Shown here: in pieces, positions 20,652 to 30,806 of the stretch
How the letters are laid out: every line of letters starts with the position of its first letter
How positions within the stretch are numbered: the first letter of the stretch is position 1
From: Candidatus Poribacteria bacterium
Lineage (GTDB): Bacteria > Poribacteria > WGA-4E > WGA-3G
Assembly (NCBI GenBank): GCA_963665235.2
Contig: CAXXLX010000001.1
Span: 2,208,001 to 2,272,000, forward strand
Direction: 5' to 3'
Length of the DNA: 64,000 bases
The notes under the pieces: generated by a model
Told to the model about the DNA's origin: nothing
The model's input: the letters and a program-made list of their open reading frames with translations, nothing else
Database searches by the model: none
Made by a program: the position numbers and the translations under genes

Positions 20652-21998
20652 ATGCACACAATTTTAGAGCGATATCAAAAAACTTTCGCAAAAGATAGAG
20701 AACTATCAAAAGCTGCAAATCAACTCTTTCCGGATGGCGTGACGCATGACAGTCGCTATATGTTCCCATTTCCGTGCTATATTACCCGTGCTGATGGTTC
20801 GAAAAAATGGGGACTTGAGGATAAAATGTTTATAGATTATTGGGCTGGACACGGTGCATTGCTCCTCGGCCATAATCCGCCCGAGGTTGTGGAAGCGGTG
20901 ACGACACAGATGCATCGTGGTACACACTATGGCGCGTGTCACCCGCTTGAGTTGGAATGGGGCAATCTAGTGAAGCAGCTGATTCCCTCGGCAGAACGGG
21001 TCAGATTTGTGAGTTCGGGGACGGAGGCGACGCTTATGGCGATTCGGCTCGCTCGTACCTACACCGGTAAGAATAAGGTGTTGAAATTTGCGGGGCATTT
21101 TCACGGTTGGCACGACAGCCTTATCATAGGTGCAAACCCCCCGTTTGAAACAACCATAGCAGGTATTCCACAAGAGGTACACAATACAACCTACGTCTGC
21201 CCTCCGAACGATATCGAGGCCGTTGAAAAACTGTTGAAGATGGACAGCGATATTGCGTGCGTTATCCTTGAACCGACAGGCGCATCCTTCGGTATTGTGC
21301 CAACGGATGGTGCGTTTTTACAAGACCTGCGCGAGTGCACACGCGAACACGACGTTCTACTCATTTTCGATGAAGTGATTACGGGGTTTCGAGTTGCGCC
21401 CGGTGGTGCGCAAACCTATTACGATGTGATCCCCGATATGACGACGCTTGCAAAGATTTTAGCAGGGGGCCTCCCGGGCGGTGCCCTAGCCGGTAAAAAG
21501 GAAATCCTTGCGTTTATCTCAAAGGAAGCGGAGCAGGATGGGTTGAAAATGCCGCACCCTGGCACATTTAATGCTAATCCGCTCTCAGCATCCGCAGGAA
21601 TTGCGATGCTCAATATTGTTAAAACCGGTGAACCGCATAAACAGGCAAATCGTATCGCGCAGTTGCTGCGAGATGGACTCAACCATGTTATTGATGCACA
21701 CCGATTAGATTGGGCTATTTACGGTGAATTCTCCGGCATTAAACTTCTCATCGGGCACGGGGAAAAGGAGATGCGTGCTGCTGATTTTAACCCGTATACG
21801 TGGGATTACAGACGGCTTAAAGGGGGGCAGAATACCGAATTGCTAACGCCTCTCCGGTGCGGGCTGTTGCTCAACGGGGTCGACCTTGCTAGCAACGGTG
21901 GTATGACAACCGCAGCACATACGGACACCGATGTTGCGAAAACAGTACACGCCTTTGAACAAACGATTAGCTGGATGAAGGCGGAGGGGTTAATATGA
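20652..21998 (+). CDS. Class III aminotransferase (glutamate-1-semialdehyde aminomutase-like)
   Basis: SSGTEAT, FHGWHD, FDEVITGFR, AKILAGGLPGG and GTFNANPLS motifs. Confidence 0.85.
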   Translation: MHTILERYQKTFAKDRELSKAANQLFPDGVTHDSRYMFPFPCYITRADGSKKWGLEDKMFIDYWAGHGALLLGHNPPEVVEAVTTQMHRGTHYGACHPLELEWGNLVKQLIPSAERVRFVSSGTEATLMAIRLARTYTGKNKVLKFAGHFHGWHDSLIIGANPPFETTIAGIPQEVHNTTYVCPPNDIEAVEKLLKMDSDIACVILEPTGASFGIVPTDGAFLQDLRECTREHDVLLIFDEVITGFRVAPGGAQTYYDVIPDMTTLAKILAGGLPGGALAGKKEILAFISKEAEQDGLKMPHPGTFNANPLSASAGIAMLNIVKTGEPHKQANRIAQLLRDGLNHVIDAHRLDWAIYGEFSGIKLLIGHGEKEMRAADFNPYTWDYRRLKGGQNTELLTPLRCGLLLNGVDLASNGGMTTAAHTDTDVAKTVHAFEQTISWMKAEGLI

Positions 21999-22048
21999 GG
22001 GGACATCGGCGGGAAAATCCCCTCTCTTACTGACAGCTGATAACTATT

Positions 22049-23308
22049 ATGGATTACTACATCAGCCTATCCGGTGACGATTCAAACTCAGGGGTCTCTA
22101 AAACAGTCCCGTGGCGTAGCATTGCCCGGGTAAACGCTGCTCAATTGAAACCGGGCGATTCGGTGCGATTTCAAGCGAACCAGACCTTCATCGGAAATCT
22201 CTCGCTTTCCGGCATGGGTGATATGGACGCTGTAGACAAACCGATAACAATTGGGTCGTACGGTAAGGGCCGGGCAACGATTGCTGCTGGCACTAGGCCC
22301 GGTTTCGTAGCGAAAAACAGGGGAGGGGTGCATATAGTTGAACTCAACTTTGTAGGTGCCGGGGCAGAGCAGAATGAGAATCATGGTATCTGTTTTATCA
22401 ATACACTGCCGGGAAGCATCAAACTAACGCATATCCGTGTTGACAAGGTGGATGTCAGCGGGTTCAAACAGTCAGGGATTTCTATCATAGCAAAACCGGT
22501 GGATAAGAGTTGGAGCGGTTTCCGCGATGTAGAAATCACCCATACCACCTCTCATGACAATGGCGATGCGGGGATAAGTGCCATAGGCGTATGGAATCCA
22601 GAGCAGGAGGGATATTCCCATGCTGGCATTTACGTAAGCAACTGCTGTGTTTATAACAACCTGGGTATTCCGGGCAAAGAGAACCATTCGGGCGATGGTA
22701 TTGTCCTCGCTCAGACAGATGGCGCGCTAATTGAGCACTGTCAAGCTTACGAGAACGGCAGGTTAAACGACCACGAAGGCGGTGGACCTGTCGGTATTTG
22801 GGCATGGGATTCAAACTGTGTTGTCATACAGTTCAACGAATCGCATCATAACCGCACCGGCAGTAGTAAAGATGGTGGCGGGTTCGATTTGGATGGCGGC
22901 ATGAAAAATTCAATTATTCAGTATAACTATTCACACAACAACGATGGTGCGGGGTATCTCGTGTCGCAATTCAGCGGTGCCAAAGCGTTTCACGATAACG
23001 TTATCCGCTATAATCTCAGTGTGAATGATGGGCAGAAAAACAGGTACGGTGGTATTCACCTTTGGTCTACTGGGGCAAACGGGGGGATTAGGGACACGGT
23101 TTTCTATGAGAATACAATTTTCATAGGGGCATCTGCTGCTGGGGATCCTGTAGCGGTTGACTGTCGGAGCAGGGGAATTCACAATATTGGCATCTACAAC
23201 AACACCTTCATTAGGCGTAGCAATACCGGGGGCAATCTGATTCGTGGTGAAACCAATCCTTCGGTAATTTTTTCTGATAACACTACCGTAACTGTAAACG
23301 AAATTTGA
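22049..23308 (+). CDS. Right-handed parallel beta-helix repeat protein
   Basis: YYISLSGDDSNSG..PW, LKPGDSV, DGGGFDLDGG and IQYNYSHNNDG repeats. Confidence 0.8.
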   Translation: MDYYISLSGDDSNSGVSKTVPWRSIARVNAAQLKPGDSVRFQANQTFIGNLSLSGMGDMDAVDKPITIGSYGKGRATIAAGTRPGFVAKNRGGVHIVELNFVGAGAEQNENHGICFINTLPGSIKLTHIRVDKVDVSGFKQSGISIIAKPVDKSWSGFRDVEITHTTSHDNGDAGISAIGVWNPEQEGYSHAGIYVSNCCVYNNLGIPGKENHSGDGIVLAQTDGALIEHCQAYENGRLNDHEGGGPVGIWAWDSNCVVIQFNESHHNRTGSSKDGGGFDLDGGMKNSIIQYNYSHNNDGAGYLVSQFSGAKAFHDNVIRYNLSVNDGQKNRYGGIHLWSTGANGGIRDTVFYENTIFIGASAAGDPVAVDCRSRGIHNIGIYNNTFIRRSNTGGNLIRGETNPSVIFSDNTTVTVNEI

Positions 23309-23323
23309 GAGGAGTGGACGAAA

Positions 23324-24307
23324 GTGAAAACGATTACCTATCGCGATGCGCTAAAAGAAGCCCTCGTAGAGGAGATGGAACGCGATGATGCTGTTTTTCT
23401 CATGGGGGAAGACATCGCTGAGTATGGCGGTGCGTATAAGGTGACGGATGGTCTCTTCAAAGAATTTGGCAAGGAGCGCATTCGGAACACGCCTATTTCT
23501 GAGTCGGCAATTATTGGGACCGCATTGGGTGCTGCTGTAACGGGCATGCGTCCAGTTGCGGAGTTGATGTATATTGACTTCACCGCAGTCGGCATGGATC
23601 AGATAGTGAACCAGGTGGCTAAAATTCGGTATATGGTTGGCGGGCAATTAGATGTGCCCCTTGTGATTCGGACGCAAGGCGGTGCCGGTCGTTCCTCTGC
23701 TGCGCAGCATGCTCAAAGTCTTGAAGCCTGGTTTGTGCATATTCCTGGGTTGTTAGTTGTGATGCCTTCTACGCCTTACGATGCGAAGGGGTTGCTGAAA
23801 ACAGCAATTCGGGACGACAATCCGATCATGTTTATTGAACATAAGCTGCTGTATACGGAGGAGGGTGAAATTCCTGATGAGGAGTATACGATTCCATTGG
23901 GAGTAGCAGATATCAAACGTGAAGGTGAAGATATAACGATTCTCGCCACGTCACGCATGGTTCTGAACGCGCTCACCGCTGCAGATGAATTAGCGGCGGA
24001 GGGCATTTCGGCAGAAGTAGTCGATCCGAGGACGTTAATGCCGCTTGACAAATCGACTATTTTTGATTCTGTCAAGAAAACCAATCGGCTGCTGATTGCA
24101 CACGAGGCGGTCGGTAGAGCAGGGTTCGGTGCTGAGATTGCCGCGCTCGTTGTTCGCGAGGTATTCGATTATCTCGATGCCCCGATTGAGCGTGTTACTG
24201 CTGCCCCTGTGCCGGTGCCGTTTGCCCCCGTTATGGAAAATTTTGTTATTCCGGACGCTGCACAGATTGTTGAAGCTGCGCGGAAATTGGTTCAGTACGA
24301 AATTTGA
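23324..24307 (+). CDS. Alpha-ketoacid/acetoin dehydrogenase E1 beta subunit
   Basis: GEDIAEYGG, TPISE, AQHAQSLE, PYDAKGLL and LDAPIERV motifs. Confidence 0.92.
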   Translation: MKTITYRDALKEALVEEMERDDAVFLMGEDIAEYGGAYKVTDGLFKEFGKERIRNTPISESAIIGTALGAAVTGMRPVAELMYIDFTAVGMDQIVNQVAKIRYMVGGQLDVPLVIRTQGGAGRSSAAQHAQSLEAWFVHIPGLLVVMPSTPYDAKGLLKTAIRDDNPIMFIEHKLLYTEEGEIPDEEYTIPLGVADIKREGEDITILATSRMVLNALTAADELAAEGISAEVVDPRTLMPLDKSTIFDSVKKTNRLLIAHEAVGRAGFGAEIAALVVREVFDYLDAPIERVTAAPVPVPFAPVMENFVIPDAAQIVEAARKLVQYEI

Positions 24308-24398
24308 AATTGTAGGTTGGGTTGAACACGCCGAAAGTTTTCTATACATGCATTTGGCAAGAAACCTGACATTAAAAAAAAGAGAAGGAGAAATTATC

Positions 24399-25346
24399 GT
24401 GGAATTGCAAGAGTACTTACAGTTCATCACGGCGAAACATGTTTTGTTTGCGGTTGTTGGTATATTTCTTTTAGTATGCTTAGCGACCAGTTTTTATACA
24501 GTTGAGGCGGACGAAATAGCTGTCGTTTTGATGTTCGGTAAATCTGTTAGACAAACGCAACCGGGGCTTCATTTCAAATTGCCGCTCGGTATTGAGAAGG
24601 CGATTAGCGTTCCGGTTCGAAAGGTGTTCAAAGAGGAATTCGGGTTTCGGACGCTTAAAGCGGGTGTCCGTACCCAGTACGATACAAGAGATTACGGAGA
24701 TGAATCGCTCCTGCTGACCGGTGACCTTAATATTGCCGATGTCGAATGGGTGGTTCAATACAAGATTAAAGACCCGAAAAGTTTCCTATTTTTCGTAAGA
24801 AATCCGCAGCGCGCTTTGCGGGACCTTTCTGAGTCGGTCATGAGCCGGGTAATTGGGGACCGCACTGTCACAGAGGTGTTAACCGTCGGACGTATCGAAA
24901 TCGCCGCAGAGGTTGAAACGCATCTACAAAAACAGCTCGATTTGTATCAAACTGGCTTGGATGTGGCGACGGTGACCTTACAGGACGTGAACCCGCCAGA
25001 TAAGGTAAAACCCGCTTTTAATGCCGTTAACGAGGCGAAGCAGGAAAAGGAGCGGTTAATCAACGAAGCGTGGCGGGATTACAACCAATCTGTACCGAAA
25101 TCCAAAGGGTTGGCATCACAACAGATTTCGGAAGCGCAGGGGTACGCGTTGAAGCGGGTTAATGAAGCACAAGGCGATGCCGATCGGTTCAATGCAATTC
25201 GTTCCGAGTATCAGAAGGCGAAAGAGGTGACGCGCCAACGACTTTACCTCGAAATGATGAAAGAGTTCCTGCCACAGGTTAAGGAAATTTACGTCATCGA
25301 CGCAAAAGCGAATACGCCGATTCCTATCTTGCAACTCAAGGACTAA
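24399..25346 (+). CDS. hflK: FtsH modulator HflK
   Basis: SPFH domain (LLTGDLNI, LQDVNPP, TRQRLYLE); GTG start at 24399 after AAGGAG. Confidence 0.92.
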   Translation: MELQEYLQFITAKHVLFAVVGIFLLVCLATSFYTVEADEIAVVLMFGKSVRQTQPGLHFKLPLGIEKAISVPVRKVFKEEFGFRTLKAGVRTQYDTRDYGDESLLLTGDLNIADVEWVVQYKIKDPKSFLFFVRNPQRALRDLSESVMSRVIGDRTVTEVLTVGRIEIAAEVETHLQKQLDLYQTGLDVATVTLQDVNPPDKVKPAFNAVNEAKQEKERLINEAWRDYNQSVPKSKGLASQQISEAQGYALKRVNEAQGDADRFNAIRSEYQKAKEVTRQRLYLEMMKEFLPQVKEIYVIDAKANTPIPILQLKD

Positions 25347-25366
25347 ATCTAATAAGGAGTTTTCTG

Positions 25367-26326
25367 ATGAAGCTTAAAATACTGATACCGATTATTATCA
25401 TTGTCATTGTAGTAATCCCGGTTGCTGCGACTATGTTTTACACCGTGCATGAAGGTGAGCAGGTAGTCCTTACCGAATTCGGCCGGCCTGTGGGAGAACC
25501 GACTGTAACCGCGGGTTTAAAGGTAAAGACCCCTTTTATTCAACAGGTACATCGCTTTGAGAAGCGCGTTCTTGAATGGGATGGATCGCCAAACCAAATT
25601 CCGACGAAGGACAAAAAATTTATCTGGTTGGATACAACCGCTCGGTGGCGGATTAAAGATGCCCTCAAATTCTATCAGGCACTCGGCACAGAGGAACTTG
25701 CACAATCCCGCCTTGATGATATCATAGATTCCGCAGCACGAGATTTGGTGACAGCACAACTCTTGATTGAAGTCGTGCGAGATTCAAATCGGGTGCTAAG
25801 TGTTGATACGGAAATCCTCGAAGATGAGGAGGGACAAACTGGCGAACCGTTGGAGGAAATCCAGATTGGCAGAGAGCGAATCACACAGATGATACGGGAA
25901 AAGGTTCAGAAAACTGTGCCGCAATTTGGCATTGAGCTCGTTGATATTCAGATTAAACGTATTAACTATGTAGACGAGGTGCGTGAGAAGGTCTTTACTC
26001 GTATGATTTCGGAACGTCAACGTATCTCCGAAAAGTATAAATCCGAGGGCGAAGGCGAGGCGGCTAAAATCATGGGGCAGAAGCAGAAGGAGTTAGAGCG
26101 CATCAAATCGGAAGCCTATAAAGAGACGGAACAGATTAAGGGTGATGCTGATGCACAGGCGATACAGATTTATGCGGGCGCACACGGAAAAGACCCCGAG
26201 TTTTTTGCCTTTCTTCAAACGTTGGAAACCTATCGTCAAACGGCAAATGCAAGCACGAAGTTGATTTTGACAACGGATAGCGATTTCTATAAATATCTGA
26301 AAGAGAGTCAATTGCTTGCACGTTAA
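25367..26326 (+). CDS. hflC: FtsH modulator HflC
   Basis: IPTKDKK, VDIQIKRIN, RMISER and DPEFFAF motifs; follows hflK. Confidence 0.93.
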   Translation: MKLKILIPIIIIVIVVIPVAATMFYTVHEGEQVVLTEFGRPVGEPTVTAGLKVKTPFIQQVHRFEKRVLEWDGSPNQIPTKDKKFIWLDTTARWRIKDALKFYQALGTEELAQSRLDDIIDSAARDLVTAQLLIEVVRDSNRVLSVDTEILEDEEGQTGEPLEEIQIGRERITQMIREKVQKTVPQFGIELVDIQIKRINYVDEVREKVFTRMISERQRISEKYKSEGEGEAAKIMGQKQKELERIKSEAYKETEQIKGDADAQAIQIYAGAHGKDPEFFAFLQTLETYRQTANASTKLILTTDSDFYKYLKESQLLAR

Positions 26327-26383
26327 TAAAAATGGGAGCTGTGGTATAATTGTTACCAACACACTTGAATTGGAGGATACGGA

Positions 26384-27751
26384 TTGTTAAAAGTATCAAA
26401 ATTTGGTGGCAGTTCTCTTGCAACGGGAGAACAGGTTCGCCAGGTTTGCGACATTATCACCGCCGATCCGGCGCGACGGTTAATTGTGGTGTCGGCCCCC
26501 GGACGACGGCACAGCCAAGATATTAAAGTGACCGACCTGCTGATTGCAGCGGCATCGGAGCGATTGATGGGAAAAATCGGGGCATCGGAATGTGCTGAGG
26601 TGATTGAACGTTACCGGAATATCGCCTCCGAATTGGAACTCCCCGCCGAAGTTGTTGAACCTATCGCTAACGACTTGACACAACGTCTTGAAAACAGTAC
26701 TGCTGATGCGGACCTCTATATGGATACGATGAAGGCGGGCGGCGAAGACAATTGTGCGCGTCTCATTGCACAAGTCCTACAAGCACGCGGTATAGAAGCA
26801 CACTACATAAATCCGAAGGACGCGGGTATGCTTCTCTCTGACGAGCCGGGCAATGCACAAGTGCTCCCGGAGGCATATAACCGCTTGCGAAATCTAACCG
26901 ACCGTCCGGGTATCACGATTTTCCCTGGATTCTTCGGGTATTCCAAAGAGGGGCACGTTGTAACCTTTTCGCGTGGCGGGTCGGACATTACGGGAGCTAT
27001 TCTTGCAAGCGCGGTTCGCGCAGAGGTCTATGAAAATTTCACAGATGTAGACTCCGTGTTTGCTGCGAATCCATCTATTGTGTCTAATCCTGCCCCGATT
27101 TCGGAGTTAACCTACCGTGAGATGCGGGAGCTCTCCTATGCCGGGTTTTCAGTATTTCACGATGAGGCACTTGAACCTGTTTACCGTGCTGAAGTTCCGG
27201 TCCACATCCGAAATACGAACAACCTAGACGCTGCTGGTACTCTGATTGTTCCACACTGTACCTCACGTGAAATACCGGTTGTCGGTATCGCTGCCATGAG
27301 TAATGTCTGTTGTGTATACGTTAGCAAATACCTGATGAACCGGCAGATAGGGTTCGGTAGACGGTTGTTGCAGGTTTTAGAGGGTGAAGATATTTCGTTT
27401 GAGCATGTGCCATCTGGTATAGACAATATGTCTGTGATTCTTCGCGAAGAAAACCTATCTGCCGAAAAAGAGAAGCGGGTCGTTGAAAAGATTCGGCAAA
27501 CACTCGCGCCAGAAGATGTTTTTGTGGAGCGTGGGTTATCTCTCATCATGGTTGTCGGGGAAGGCATGCGGCACACCGTCGGTATCGCCTCCCGCGCGAC
27601 CGGCGCATTGGCAGGAGCACAGGTGAATATAGAGATGATTAATCAGGGGTCCAATGAGGTCAGTATGATGTTCGGGGTAAAATCAACAGATATGGCTGCT
27701 GCTGTTCAAGCCCTCTATGAGGAATTTTTCAATGGTAATAGTAACGGTTGA
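26384..27751 (+). CDS. lysC: Aspartate kinase
   Basis: KFGGSS, VVSAPG, TFSRGGSDITG, NFTDVD; two ACT domains. Confidence 0.9.
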   Translation: MLKVSKFGGSSLATGEQVRQVCDIITADPARRLIVVSAPGRRHSQDIKVTDLLIAAASERLMGKIGASECAEVIERYRNIASELELPAEVVEPIANDLTQRLENSTADADLYMDTMKAGGEDNCARLIAQVLQARGIEAHYINPKDAGMLLSDEPGNAQVLPEAYNRLRNLTDRPGITIFPGFFGYSKEGHVVTFSRGGSDITGAILASAVRAEVYENFTDVDSVFAANPSIVSNPAPISELTYREMRELSYAGFSVFHDEALEPVYRAEVPVHIRNTNNLDAAGTLIVPHCTSREIPVVGIAAMSNVCCVYVSKYLMNRQIGFGRRLLQVLEGEDISFEHVPSGIDNMSVILREENLSAEKEKRVVEKIRQTLAPEDVFVERGLSLIMVVGEGMRHTVGIASRATGALAGAQVNIEMINQGSNEVSMMFGVKSTDMAAAVQALYEEFFNGNSNG

Positions 27752-28559
27752 ACGGAATGAATTGGCTGCTGGCAAACTCACAGAAACGCACCTTATAAAA
27801 GCTGTTGAGGCGATTCGTGTTGATGGATGTGTTGTTTTAGAGAACGTTATCAATCATGACCATCTGGATATTCTGCGCGAGCGGATGGATGCAGATTCGC
27901 AAAAGCTGATTAAAGCAAAGAAATGGGGCGGAGCAGGTGGACTCAAGGGGCACCTTCAGCAGGGACCGCCGCCGTTTGCCCCGTATATCTTCAGCGACAT
28001 CGTGGCAAACCCGTATATCGTGCAGGTAACACGAGAGCTGCTCGGTCCTGGCGTTTACAATAATTTCTATAACGGCAATACGAACTGCCCCGGTAGTGAA
28101 ACACAACCGCTCCATAGAGATGGCGACCATCTTTGGTTAAATCAGGAGATAGCACATCCGACAGCACAGGTGGTGGTCAATATTTCACCGCAGGATACAA
28201 CGGAGGAGAACGGCAGTGTGGAGCTGTGGCCGGGGTCACATCTATATGTCAGCGGCCGACAAATAGATGCAGAGCATGAAGCGGAACGGCGCAAAATCGC
28301 ACCGCCTATTCGGGGGAATGCGAAAAAGGGAAGCGTGCTCATCCGAGACATACGACTCTGGCACCGAGGGGTACCCAACTTGTCCGACAAACCGCGCCAC
28401 ATGATAGCGATGATTCATCGCATCCGATGGCTCCGCTCGAACAGACGTTTGAAATACCGAACCGGATGTGAAGCCGCTTTTGAAAATAGTGACCTCGACC
28501 ATAACGCTGAGTTCGTTGACGATAAGCTGGACGATTATCTCTTCAACCCGAAATTCTGA
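27732..28559 (+). CDS. Phytanoyl-CoA dioxygenase (PhyH) family protein
   Basis: QPLHRD (HxD), ENGSVELWPGSH, RLWHRG. Confidence 0.85.
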   Translation: MVIVTVERNELAAGKLTETHLIKAVEAIRVDGCVVLENVINHDHLDILRERMDADSQKLIKAKKWGGAGGLKGHLQQGPPPFAPYIFSDIVANPYIVQVTRELLGPGVYNNFYNGNTNCPGSETQPLHRDGDHLWLNQEIAHPTAQVVVNISPQDTTEENGSVELWPGSHLYVSGRQIDAEHEAERRKIAPPIRGNAKKGSVLIRDIRLWHRGVPNLSDKPRHMIAMIHRIRWLRSNRRLKYRTGCEAAFENSDLDHNAEFVDDKLDDYLFNPKF

Positions 28560-28638
28560 TTTTCATGACCCTTTTCCGAATCGAAGAAACTGCTCGGTAC
28601 AACGCTACTGCCGAGGATTTTTAAGGAAAACGCCCCTT

Positions 28639-29475
28639 ATGCATTCTAAAACCGAATGGCTTCCAGTGGAGCCTGACCTCAAGACAGCTTGTGAAATCTA
28701 TAGTGACCCGATTTACGCGCTCTCTCAAGCAGAGATGCCAGCTATCATTCTGCGAGGTGCCTATTCACCTACGCACTGCCAAAGCCTCATCGGGCGGTTC
28801 ACAAATATGGGGCTGATGCGTGATGAAGCGGATATCAACTCTGCTGATAAACGCACCCGTATTGACATCGGTACAAGCCTCGGCAATCGCGGGGCTGATA
28901 AACAACGTTTTTTCGCACACGCTGCAGCGACACATCACCTTTTCCAATACCTCTTTGATGGATATGATAACCCGGTTGACCTCATTTATGAATCCCTTGC
29001 AGCATTAGCACCGGGAAAAGAGGTAAAGGTGGCACATGAACCTGATGGTGCACAGTACGGGCCTGCCATTTTTCGGGTCCACTACGAAACACATAGCTAT
29101 AAACCTCACATCGATCATGTTAAATACCGGGAGCGCCGTACCGATTACACGGTTTACCGCTTTGAACATCAGTTTGCGGGGGTGTTGTGTTTCCAAAATG
29201 CTGATGAAACCGGTAAAGGTACACAAGCTATTCTGCATCGGTGCCTCTGGTCCGAGGAGATTCAACCGCATATCGCAGCCGAAACATTTGACCAATATGC
29301 CGCTGAGAACGAGATAGAAAACTATCAAGTTGATTTGCAACAGGGCGACCTCTATTTTTTCAACACCCGATGTATCCATGAGGTGCCGCCTGTTCAAGGC
29401 ACGCGGGCGCGAATTGTGTTGGCAGTTTTTATCGGTTATTCCCCGGACGATGATGAGATTTTCGTTTGGTCATAA
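28639..29475 (+). CDS. 2OG-Fe(II) oxygenase superfamily protein
   Basis: PHID (HxD) ... GDLYFFN..IHEV ... R; start at ATG 28639. Confidence 0.75.
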   Translation: MHSKTEWLPVEPDLKTACEIYSDPIYALSQAEMPAIILRGAYSPTHCQSLIGRFTNMGLMRDEADINSADKRTRIDIGTSLGNRGADKQRFFAHAAATHHLFQYLFDGYDNPVDLIYESLAALAPGKEVKVAHEPDGAQYGPAIFRVHYETHSYKPHIDHVKYRERRTDYTVYRFEHQFAGVLCFQNADETGKGTQAILHRCLWSEEIQPHIAAETFDQYAAENEIENYQVDLQQGDLYFFNTRCIHEVPPVQGTRARIVLAVFIGYSPDDDEIFVWS

Positions 29476-29639
29476 GTTCGCCTGATGCTATAAATTCTGT
29501 AGTTTTGATTTTCTACAATAGGCCCTCTGCTGTCGGCCTGCTCTCTCTCGCGAGCTTACACCTTTTTTCGATGGAAAAGAATTCACTGTGCTGAGCATCA
29601 TCTAATAGTCAGTGTCTGTAAGCCCAACCAACGGGCGGG

Positions 29640-29715
29640 CTGGATATACGGAGGTATCCGTTTTTTCCTAAATATTCCCTCACCGAACCGCAAGGAAATC
29701 TTAAAAATTGAAAAG
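29640..29715 (+). repeat. ~70-bp direct repeat copy A (copy B at 30730-30806)
   Basis: CTGG.TATACGGAGGTATCCGTTTTTTCCTAAATAT.CCCT.A.CGAACCGCAAGGAAAT.TTAAAAA in both copies. Confidence 0.9.
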
Positions 29716-29736
29716 TTAACACATTTCGTGTATAAT
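29708..29736 (+). promoter_or_regulatory. Sigma-70 promoter of the Rpn gene
   Basis: TTGAAA-17-TATAAT. Confidence 0.6.
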
Positions 29737-29774
29737 GTTAGATAAACAGATGTCTATTCACGAAAGGGGATAAA

Positions 29775-30674
29775 GTGCCTGTAACTGACACTATTTCTAA
29801 AAGACATGTTCTGAGAAACCCAGATGATTTTGCGAACCTTTGTTTCGATGGAAAAGAATTCACTGTGCTGGACATCATCACGCCTGAACAACCCACGTTT
29901 GAGATGTATCAGGGAGATGTGCTTATCAAAGTGGAAGTTGATGGCAGAGAGGCATTGCTGCATATTGAATTTCAGACCGCAGACAGCTATAATCCGCGTA
30001 TGCCTGTAAGGATGGCAGGTTACATTATTCAGATAGTCGAGACATATCAGTTGCCTGTGTATTCTTATGTCATCTATATTCGTCCGGATGTGGGTGAAAA
30101 TGACCCGGGGTCTTTTGTGCAAGGTTTTGGGAATCACCGGGTTTTGATAGAGTATCAGGTGATTCGTCTGATAAAGATGGATGGTCAGGCGGTATTGGAT
30201 TCGAATGCGGTCGGGTTGCTTCCGTTTACGCCGTTGATGGCGCGTCCTGCGGGTGTAGATGCAGAGGCGTGGTTTCGGCGATGTGTTCGTGCTGCGGCAC
30301 GCGCAGATGTTCCTAACACCTCTGAGTATATCGCGAGCATGGCTATTTTAGGCAATTTAGTTTATGATACGCAGATGATTTTAACTATTGTATCGGAGGA
30401 GACGATGTACGAATTAGATATTATCCGACACCTAACAGAGGAAGCTGCAGCGGAAGCACGTCAGCAAGGTAGGGAACAGGGCGAAAAGGAACGTTCGCGT
30501 AAATACATCTTTGAGGTGCTAACTTCTCGTTTGCAACCTGATGCTGCCAGCCGCTTTAAGCCCGTATTGGAGCAGATTGACGACTTGCAGCAGCTTGATA
30601 CACTGCTTCGCGCTGCGGCGTTGGCGGACACGCCCAAAGACTTCGAACGGGTTTTAGAAGAGAATGGGAATTGA
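29775..30674 (+). CDS. Rpn family PD-(D/E)XK nuclease, second paralog
   Basis: GDVL...LHIEFQ, RMAGY, VGLLPFTPLM shared with 4606-5517; QQGREQGE. Confidence 0.85.
   Translation: MPVTDTISKRHVLRNPDDFANLCFDGKEFTVLDIITPEQPTFEMYQGDVLIKVEVDGREALLHIEFQTADSYNPRMPVRMAGYIIQIVETYQLPVYSYVIYIRPDVGENDPGSFVQGFGNHRVLIEYQVIRLIKMDGQAVLDSNAVGLLPFTPLMARPAGVDAEAWFRRCVRAAARADVPNTSEYIASMAILGNLVYDTQMILTIVSEETMYELDIIRHLTEEAAAEARQQGREQGEKERSRKYIFEVLTSRLQPDAASRFKPVLEQIDDLQQLDTLLRAAALADTPKDFERVLEENGN
30405..30674 (+). CDS. Putative intragenic small protein (RpnS-like), 89 aa
   Basis: GGAGGAGACGATG: SD before the internal Met of 'SEETMYEL', equivalent position to the other Rpn. Confidence 0.55.
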   Translation: MYELDIIRHLTEEAAAEARQQGREQGEKERSRKYIFEVLTSRLQPDAASRFKPVLEQIDDLQQLDTLLRAAALADTPKDFERVLEENGN

Positions 30675-30729
30675 ATAGCAATCTCCACTCTTAGCAAGCC
30701 GGGAGCAGTTGATAAAACACCTCGCCGGT

Positions 30730-30806
30730 CTGGCTATACGGAGGTATCCGTTTTTTCCTAAATATCCCCTAAACGAACCGCAAGGAAATATTAAAAAATG
30801 CAAAAG
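30730..30806 (+). repeat. ~70-bp direct repeat copy B (leader and first codons of the WD40 gene)
   Basis: Matches 29640-29715 at offset ~1090. Confidence 0.9.

Noticed and set aside
24096-24398. 101-aa N-terminal extension of HflK
   Set aside because: Overlaps the E1-beta gene; a GTG with AAGGAG RBS at 24399 gives a normal-length HflK.
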